From Clostridia bacterium (lineage in GTDB: Bacteria; Bacillota; Clostridia; Oscillospirales; CAG-272): DNA of 64,000 nt. Made by a program: the position numbers and the translations under genes. The stretch lies in contig JAFYPF010000015.1 of the NCBI GenBank assembly GCA_017547655.1, forward strand, positions 56,922 through 120,921, given 5' to 3'. Positions 57,991 to 64,000 of this stretch are shown here, piece after piece; position 1 is the first letter of the stretch; every line of letters starts with the position of its first letter. The notes under the pieces are model-generated. The model searched no databases, was not told the origin of the DNA, and saw only the letters and a program-made list of their open reading frames with translations.

Positions 57991-58653
57991 TTAGACCTCT
58001 ACCCAACTGTGGGTAACCTTTAAATGCTGTCCATGGAAGGCTCTGCCTTCTTCGGAAACCAAAAGAGCTACAATATCTGCAACCTCTTCGGGAGTAGCGT
58101 TACCGTTGGGAGTCAAAGAATTTACTGTAACAGTATACTTCTCACTCTCTCTTGCGCAAGTGCCGGTAAAGCCAACTGCAGATGCTTTAGTAATAGCATA
58201 AGCCGCATTACCTGCCACGCCCAGCATCTCATTGTCCGAGAAGTTAATAATCTTACCGGTCTTTCTCGCCTTCATATCAGCAAATACCTGCTTGCAGCAG
58301 TAGAACATACTATGAACGTTAATCGCAAGAACTTCATTCCATTCTGCCGGTGTCATTTCAAGCAATGTCTTACGGCAAACAGCATTGGGATTGTTAATAA
58401 GAATATCAATATCACCCTGCTCTGCTTTAATAGCAGTAAAGCAACGGGTTACATCTTCAAAGTTACCTATATTGCACTGATATGCGAAGCAAGCAGCTCC
58501 CTGCTCTTTTATCACTGCACTATCTTCAGTAGCATTATTTGTCAAAACAACTACAGCCTTTGCATCTTCTGCAGCCAATTTCTTTGCAATAGCAAGAGTC
58601 TGGGGCTGTACACCGCCGGTAATTACGGCAATTTTTCCTGTAAGTTTAGCCAT
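57991..58653 (-). CDS. SDR-fold protein with a degenerate cofactor-binding motif (SDR-B)
   Basis: 221 aa starting from the ATG at 58653 (RBS GAGAGGAAA). The Gly-rich motif is replaced by TGGVQPQTLAIA. NNAG is replaced by NNPN. YAITK (YxxxK) is retained. Confidence 0.75.
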   Translation of the reverse strand: MAKLTGKIAVITGGVQPQTLAIAKKLAAEDAKAVVVLTNNATEDSAVIKEQGAACFAYQCNIGNFEDVTRCFTAIKAEQGDIDILINNPNAVCRKTLLEMTPAEWNEVLAINVHSMFYCCKQVFADMKARKTGKIINFSDNEMLGVAGNAAYAITKASAVGFTGTCARESEKYTVTVNSLTPNGNATPEEVADIVALLVSEEGRAFHGQHLKVTHSWVEV

Positions 58654-58667
58654 TCTTATTTCCTCTC

Positions 58668-59825
58668 TCATTCGCATTTTTCGAAGATAGCGGCAACACC
58701 CTGACCACCACCGCAGCAGAATGTAATAGCACAACGCTCAAAATTATTACGAGCAAAAATACCTGCTGCCTTAGCCGCCAAGTTAACACCGGTAGCTGAA
58801 TATGGATGACCTAAAGCAATAGCTCCGCCTCTGATATTCAACTTTTCCAACGGAATTTCCAATGCACGCTGAACACCCAAGGTCTGTGACGCAAATGCTT
58901 CGTTACATTCGATAAAGTCAAAATCGTTAATTGTCATGCCGTTGCGCTTCATAACCTTGCGCATAGCATTAACAGGACCAAGTCCCATATAGCGAGGATC
59001 TACACCTGTTACGGCATAGTCAACAAAACGCATCAAAGGCTTAAGTCCAAGACTACGAGCCTTTTCCTCATCCATCATTATTGCGGCTGCCGCACCGTCA
59101 TTCAAAGGAGATGCGTTCCCCCCCGTAACTACACCACCTGCAACGGCACGAAGTTTAGACAACGCTTCCGCTGTTGTTCCGGGACGGAGTATTTCATCCT
59201 TATCAACTATGAGATCATCAGCCTTCTTTTGAGGAATCGTAATAGGAACAAGGTGTTCGGGATAAATTCCCTCTTCATATCCCTGCAAAGCCAATGCCTG
59301 GCTTCTTTCAGCATACGCATCACATTCCTCACGTGTAATACCAAAATAAGCTGCAACGTTTTCAGCTGTTTTTACCATGTTGGGATTACCGAATTTTTCG
59401 GGGCTGGAAAGACGTCTTACAATATTTATACTGCCTCCCTCAAATGGATTGGAACTTCCAACCAATTGAACGGGCTGCGAGTCAAACTCTACGCCTCCAC
59501 ACAAATATACATCACCAAAGCCACCCTTAATAAAAGCTCCGGCAAGAGATAATCCACTCAAAGACGTGCCACACGCACGGTTAATGCTCAATGCAGCAGT
59601 CTCAACAGGCTGACCTGCCGCCAACCAAGCAAGTCTACCGGGGGTTCTTCCCTCAGCATGAGCACCCCAGATTACATCATATACGTCTTTACCTTCAATG
59701 TTAGCACGACGTATAGCCTCCTCGATAACGGGAGTAACCAATTCCTGACGGCTGAGGTTTTTAAATACACCGCCTCTTTTGCCGACAGGGGTACGAACTG
59801 CAGATACAAGTACCGCTTGTCTCAT
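58668..59825 (-). CDS. thiolase, copy B (close paralogue of copy C)
   Basis: NRACGTSL, NEAFASQ, GGAIALGHPYSATG, and FCCGGGQG. Long identical runs are shared with copy C (AVLVSAVRTPVGKRGGVFK, GITREECDAYA, GNASPLNDGAA, GLKPLMRF). Confidence 0.88.
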   Translation of the reverse strand: MRQAVLVSAVRTPVGKRGGVFKNLSRQELVTPVIEEAIRRANIEGKDVYDVIWGAHAEGRTPGRLAWLAAGQPVETAALSINRACGTSLSGLSLAGAFIKGGFGDVYLCGGVEFDSQPVQLVGSSNPFEGGSINIVRRLSSPEKFGNPNMVKTAENVAAYFGITREECDAYAERSQALALQGYEEGIYPEHLVPITIPQKKADDLIVDKDEILRPGTTAEALSKLRAVAGGVVTGGNASPLNDGAAAAIMMDEEKARSLGLKPLMRFVDYAVTGVDPRYMGLGPVNAMRKVMKRNGMTINDFDFIECNEAFASQTLGVQRALEIPLEKLNIRGGAIALGHPYSATGVNLAAKAAGIFARNNFERCAITFCCGGGQGVAAIFEKCE

Positions 59826-59849
59826 AATATTTTATCCTTTCTTTAAAAT

Positions 59850-59878
59850 AGCCCGAGGCGTACTATGCGTCTCGGGCT
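59850..59878 (-). promoter_or_regulatory. intra-operon stem-loop between thiolase A and thiolase B
   Basis: AGCCCGAGGCG...CGTCTCGGGCT, followed on the minus strand only by ATTTTAAAG. Possibly a weak terminator or processing site. Confidence 0.45.
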
Positions 59879-59889
59879 GTAGGCATTTG

Positions 59890-61098
59890 TTAACGACGCA
59901 AGTTTTCAATCAAAGTGGTAACGCCCTGTCCACCGCCGCAGCAGGAGGAGAACAAACCGTAACGTGCACCCTGACGAGCAAGTTCCTTCATACAGAAGAT
60001 ACCGATACGCGCACCCGAAGCACCGTTAGGATGTCCGAAGGAAATAGCACCACCGTTGGGGTTCCACTTATCCTGATTAATGGTCTTGCCTGACTGAATT
60101 TCCATTTCTTTAATAACGCCCAAGTTCTGAGCTGCAAAAGCTTCATTACATTCAAATACATCAATATCATCAACAGTAAGACCTGCGCGCTGAATTGCCA
60201 TCATATTTGAATATGCGGGACCAATACCCATCAAACGAGGTTCAACACCATAGTCAGCGCCAACAACCCAACGAGCGTAAGGCTCATAACCGAGTTCCTT
60301 AGCCTTTTCTGCTGTCATCAACATTACAAAAGCTGCACCGTCATTCAAACCGGAAGCGTTACCTGCTGTTGTAACAGAAGTTTCTGTTGCACGAACTGTA
60401 CGAAGCTTTGCCAAATCTTCCATAGTAGTGGAAGGACGCATATGTTCATCAGTTGCAAAGATAACTTCGGGAGTCTTCTTTGTAGCGGGAATTGTAATGG
60501 GCGCAATTTCGTCCTTGAAGTAGCCCTTCTCTGTAGAAGCAGCTGCACGCATCTGGCTGCGGTAAGCAAATTCGTCACATTCCTGACGAGTAATGCCCCA
60601 CTTTTCAGCCATAATATCGGAAATCTCAATCATAGATGCTCTCTGTTTAGGATCTGCATGAATAATAGGAATCAAAGCCTGAGGTCCCATACCCTTGTAA
60701 GGCTGTACTGTAGTTGAGAATCTAATGGACTTATTGCTGTGAGACTCGAAACCACCTGCGATAACAACGTCTGCTGCACCTGCAAGAATCTTCCATGCTG
60801 CATGGTTAATAGAGTCAATAGCAGAACCGCACTGCATTTCTACAAATGATGCAGATGTTTCAAAAGGAAGTCCTGCAGCCATTGTAATGTAACGCGCGTT
60901 ACTCCAGCTGTATCCACAGCCCGAAGCTGAACCGCACATCAAAGAGTCAACCTTGCCGCCTCTTTCATAAATCTGTGTCTTTGCCACCAATGCTTTAACA
61001 GCCAAAGCTGCCAAATTGGAACCGTTAATGTCCTTAAGAGTACCACCCATCTTACCGAAGGGAGTTCTCATACCTTCAACAAATACTACTTCTCTCAT
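59890..61098 (-). CDS. thiolase, copy A (divergent from B/C)
   Basis: EMQCGSAI, NEAFAAQ, GGAISFGHPNGASG, and SCCGGGQG. 402 aa. Confidence 0.88.
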   Translation of the reverse strand: MREVVFVEGMRTPFGKMGGTLKDINGSNLAALAVKALVAKTQIYERGGKVDSLMCGSASGCGYSWSNARYITMAAGLPFETSASFVEMQCGSAIDSINHAAWKILAGAADVVIAGGFESHSNKSIRFSTTVQPYKGMGPQALIPIIHADPKQRASMIEISDIMAEKWGITRQECDEFAYRSQMRAAASTEKGYFKDEIAPITIPATKKTPEVIFATDEHMRPSTTMEDLAKLRTVRATETSVTTAGNASGLNDGAAFVMLMTAEKAKELGYEPYARWVVGADYGVEPRLMGIGPAYSNMMAIQRAGLTVDDIDVFECNEAFAAQNLGVIKEMEIQSGKTINQDKWNPNGGAISFGHPNGASGARIGIFCMKELARQGARYGLFSSCCGGGQGVTTLIENLRR

Positions 61099-61154
61099 AG
61101 TTATGTTTCTCCTTAAAAATTATATATAGTTTTTAAAAATGTTTATCGTTTAAA

Positions 61155-62009
61155 TTATTCGTAGTCGTAGAAACCGTGACCTGACTTACGTCCCAAACGG
61201 CCTTCTTTAACCATCTGCTCGTAAACATCGAACATATCAGGCTTTTCACCGGTCTTTTCATAATTGTTTTTCGCTATGGTGTAACAGAGGTCGATACCCG
61301 TCAAGTCTTGCATACGGAATACACCCATCTTGTGGTTAAAACCATATTCCAACGCCGTGTCAACTTCTTGAGGTGTGCAATATCCGTTCTGAACCAAGTA
61401 TTTAGCACGCTGTGTCAAGCCTGCCAACAAATAGTTACCTGCAAATCCGGGAATTTCCTTCTTCTGCCAAATAGGCTTCTTATCCATAGCCAAGCAGAAT
61501 TCGTAAGCGGCACGAGCAGTCTCTTCGCTGGTGTGAGGGCCCTGAACTACCTCAACAAACTTCATAACCAGTGCGGGGTTATAGAAGTGCATATTGCAAA
61601 GACGCGAGGGGTTCTTCAAGCAATCCTTGAACAATGATGAAACCATATAGCTGGAGTTTGTGCAAACTATTACGTTTTCGTCAATAAGCTGATCAAGCTG
61701 ACGGAAGAAGTTTGCCTTAACTTCCTGAACCTCAATAATAGCTTCGATAACGCAATCAACACCCTGAACTGCCTTTTCAAGAGATGATTCAACGTGGAAT
61801 CTCGTTCTGATATCAGCAACCTGCTCTTCAGTCATACGACCTTTAGCAATTCTTTCTGCCAAATATTCGTCTTCCCATTTCTGAACAGCCTCCAACACTT
61901 CGGGCTTCAAGTCATAAACGGTAGCATCAAAGCCATGGATAGATGCACTCAAAGCAATCTGACGTCCCATCAAACCGCCGCCGACGACACATATTTTTTT
62001 AATTTCCAT
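61155..62009 (-). CDS. 3-hydroxyacyl-CoA dehydrogenase (Hbd-like, NAD(P)-binding)
   Basis: VVGGGLMGRQIA Rossmann motif, NSSYM, HFYNPALVMKFVEV, and a C-terminal dimerisation domain ending GRKSGHGFYDY. Confidence 0.88.
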   Translation of the reverse strand: MEIKKICVVGGGLMGRQIALSASIHGFDATVYDLKPEVLEAVQKWEDEYLAERIAKGRMTEEQVADIRTRFHVESSLEKAVQGVDCVIEAIIEVQEVKANFFRQLDQLIDENVIVCTNSSYMVSSLFKDCLKNPSRLCNMHFYNPALVMKFVEVVQGPHTSEETARAAYEFCLAMDKKPIWQKKEIPGFAGNYLLAGLTQRAKYLVQNGYCTPQEVDTALEYGFNHKMGVFRMQDLTGIDLCYTIAKNNYEKTGEKPDMFDVYEQMVKEGRLGRKSGHGFYDYE

Positions 62010-62158
62010 AAAAAACTCTCCTTCACTATGTAGTTTTTATTTTATGATTATTTTTTCTAACACAAAATTTACGTTTTTTAAGTATTTTTTTCGTAACATT
62101 TGTATCAAAACCACAGAAAAATATAACATATAGGCATATTTTTCGATACTACACCATC

Positions 62159-62187
62159 AGTATAATTGCATAATGAAAATTTGTCAA
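62159..62187 (-). promoter_or_regulatory. sigma-A-type promoter of the thiolase/SDR operon
   Basis: On the minus strand: TTGACA (62187-62182), a 17-nt spacer, then TATACT (62164-62159), about 150 nt upstream of the hbd-like start. Confidence 0.5.
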
Positions 62188-62550
62188 CCCCAAAACTGCA
62201 CAAAAAGCACAATACAATTTTGTTTAATTTAGGTATTAAAGCTTATTCAGCTGATTGAATTACGTATTTTTGACTGTAATTTGTTTCCGTCGAAATCAAT
62301 TTTACAGTTTTTCAACATCATTTTCTTAAGCAAGTCATAAAAAAGAGTAAAGGTTGTTTATAGGTTTAACTTTCAATCTATTTCTTCATTAACAAACACG
62401 CTTTATACGTCTTATTCTTATTAGCTTCCGCCCACTCCGCATAATCATATATATCACGCTATACGTCACAAACACAAAATGTGGCACACCTAAAAATTTG
62501 TAATAAATTAAAATCCCGATTTCCCCATTGTCTATAATTTAATGCAATTT

Positions 62551-62587
62551 ATACACAAAAAAGAGCATTGCGAAACAATGCTCTTTT
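62551..62587 (-). terminator. terminator after the GH42-like gene
   Basis: AAAAGAGCATTG-TTTCG-CAATGCTCTTTT followed on the minus strand by TTTGTGTAT. Confidence 0.7.
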
Positions 62588-62599
62588 GGACCTATACTA

Positions 62600-63655
62600 T
62601 TATTTCATATACTTTTTGCGATTTTCTTCGAGAATCCTATCTCTCTCGATAGAACGAATTCTCCTCATTGCCTCAACAGTCATATCCCACGTACGCGCAG
62701 GATTCTTTGCACCGTAGTCATTTGACTCGCTTCCCATATAGCCCCACGCAAGTATCGTTCTTGCACCTGCATCATAAGCCGCGTGTGTAGCTTCAATTAT
62801 CTCTTCTTCCCTGCCTCTGGGATTGCTATAAGTCTGAATCCAAATATTGTGATCTTTTTCAAACTTATTACACACCTCAAGCGTTCTCTTCGTACCCTTG
62901 TATACAAAATCATACGGACTAACATTCTTATGTCCTAACCAATAAGGATCTGATCCTATACAGTCAAGGGTAGGAATACTGCAAAGCCTGTCTATTGTAC
63001 TGAGGTCCATTCCCGTATGAGGACGAAGCATTACGCATATTACGTTCCTGATCCCCAATGATGCGCTGTAGGCAGTTACTTCTTCATAATAATTAACTAT
63101 CGAATCGGTTCTGAATACTTCAGCATCTTCATCAGCCAATAAAGGCATTGGCTTGCCATACTTTTCTTCAAAAAGCTTCTTACATCTCGGACAGCAACAG
63201 CCATAATATCTGTCCTCGGATTCGGGAGCTACCTTTTTCTTCGGAATATGAGGCTCATCCCAAATAATAGTCTTACCGCCAAGCTCTGCAACGGTATCTA
63301 TCCAATCTTTTATAAACTTGCGAAAATCAGGACTATTGAGGCATACATAAGTGGGCATCATCTCACCGTTACTGAAATACATATGTGAATCAGGATAATA
63401 TGCAAGGAAATGAGACTTATCTCCGGGAGGGCCTCCAAGTCCCCAGGGATCTACCCATACTTCCATACCCGCATCTTCGGTTATCGCAAAGTTTTCCTTC
63501 ATTACGTTTTTGTGTCTGTCCCAGTCTGTGTGCGAAAGCATATGAACAACTATATCCATATCAGCTTTTGCAATCTCCCGCATATCACGTCTTACGTGAG
63601 AGGGCATACGATTGCCGTGATAAGCAACACCTGTAAGCAATGATCTTTTTGCCAT
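62600..63655 (-). CDS. hypothetical TIM-barrel glycoside-hydrolase-like protein (GH42-like Cys cluster)
   Basis: 352 aa from the ATG at 63655 (RBS AAAGAGG). The pattern YYGCCCPRCKKLFEEKYG resembles the CxCxxC...F...YG zinc site of GH42 beta-galactosidases. WDEPH and similar strand ends suggest a (beta/alpha)8 barrel. Confidence 0.4.
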   Translation of the reverse strand: MAKRSLLTGVAYHGNRMPSHVRRDMREIAKADMDIVVHMLSHTDWDRHKNVMKENFAITEDAGMEVWVDPWGLGGPPGDKSHFLAYYPDSHMYFSNGEMMPTYVCLNSPDFRKFIKDWIDTVAELGGKTIIWDEPHIPKKKVAPESEDRYYGCCCPRCKKLFEEKYGKPMPLLADEDAEVFRTDSIVNYYEEVTAYSASLGIRNVICVMLRPHTGMDLSTIDRLCSIPTLDCIGSDPYWLGHKNVSPYDFVYKGTKRTLEVCNKFEKDHNIWIQTYSNPRGREEEIIEATHAAYDAGARTILAWGYMGSESNDYGAKNPARTWDMTVEAMRRIRSIERDRILEENRKKYMK

Positions 63656-63950
63656 TCCACTTACCTCTTTCTGTATTAGAAATTTTTTGACCGAAATCCC
63701 TCGGTCAAGACTATCGTAACACATTAAGTATATATTGTCAATAAAATATAGCCATCTTTCAATATTCTTGCTATTTTTTATACAAACCAATAGGCCACAC
63801 AAAAAAACACTAAAAAGTCAATTAAATTTAACACGCCTACACTAACATGAAATAAAATAGTCGTATTTCATCAATTCTATTGCATTAAATTAGTTATTGT
63901 GATAATATAGTTAATGACATTTTTTAAAACCGGAGGGAGAAATTGATAGA

Positions 63951-64000
63951 TGAAAAAACTGTTCATACTTCTAACACTTTTGACGTTGGCATTATGCATA
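63951..64000 (+). CDS. 5' end of a secreted/lipoprotein gene (continues beyond the window)
   Basis: ATG at 63951 after GGAGGGAGA. It encodes MKKLFILLTLLTLALCI, a typical signal peptide. Confidence 0.4.

Noticed and set aside
53658-62009. An apparent G+C elevation of the thiolase/SDR operon, as a hint of horizontal transfer
   Set aside because: I hand-counted only a few 60-nt lines, finding roughly 42-50% inside the operon against 33-43% elsewhere. The sample is too small, purL and the SBP genes are similarly elevated, and Gly/Ala-rich enzymes explain the difference. A proper sliding-window GC and codon-usage calculation would be needed.
1-64000. CRISPR arrays, transposases, IS elements, prophage genes, toxin-antitoxin pairs and classic defence genes
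   Set aside because: I looked for regularly spaced direct repeats, terminal inverted repeats and hallmark motifs in all ORFs of 60 aa or more, and found none. The only repeated structures are terminator-type hairpins.

Overview
The window looks like a low-GC, spore-forming Firmicutes (Clostridia-like) chromosome segment: Gram-positive-type polC, spoIIID, and GGAGG-type ribosome-binding sites. I saw no transposase, integrase, phage gene, CRISPR array or rRNA. Roughly 80% is ordinary core or salvage metabolism. Positions 1-8.2 kb hold the conserved minus-strand block pyrH-frr-uppS-cdsA-dxr-rseP-ispG-polC, with polC running off the left edge. After that come spoIIID, tRNA-Leu(GAG) and tRNA-Arg(ACG). 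There are two paralogous polar amino-acid ABC operons, plus cinA, a DUF951-YfhO pair, gdhA, purL, mtaB, ddh and trmO. A purine/nucleoside salvage operon runs xpt, BMP lipoprotein, then ABC transporter. The best candidate for a new system is a nine-gene minus-strand operon at about 53.66-62.19 kb. It encodes one 3-hydroxyacyl-CoA dehydrogenase, three thiolases, three paralogous SDR reductases and two crotonase-fold proteins. It has no acyl-CoA dehydrogenase/ETF, no CoA ligase or transferase, and no regulator. One SDR has a degenerate cofactor motif and one crotonase lacks a catalytic Glu. An MBL-fold hydrolase follows the operon. I cannot match this gene set to any named pathway. Secondary observations: an intact-looking Phe (UUC) T-box leader sits in front of a frameshifted, 3'-truncated DAHP synthase remnant. 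An NBD-NBD-permease fusion occurs in the BMP-type ABC transporter. A LarA homologue keeps its catalytic residues but has no larBCE nearby. An ECF S-component remnant is frameshifted in a T6A6 tract. A two-gene surface-protein unit has an esterase-like domain whose nucleophile Ser appears replaced. All calls come from reading the ORF translations and the DNA by eye; no searches or computed statistics were available.
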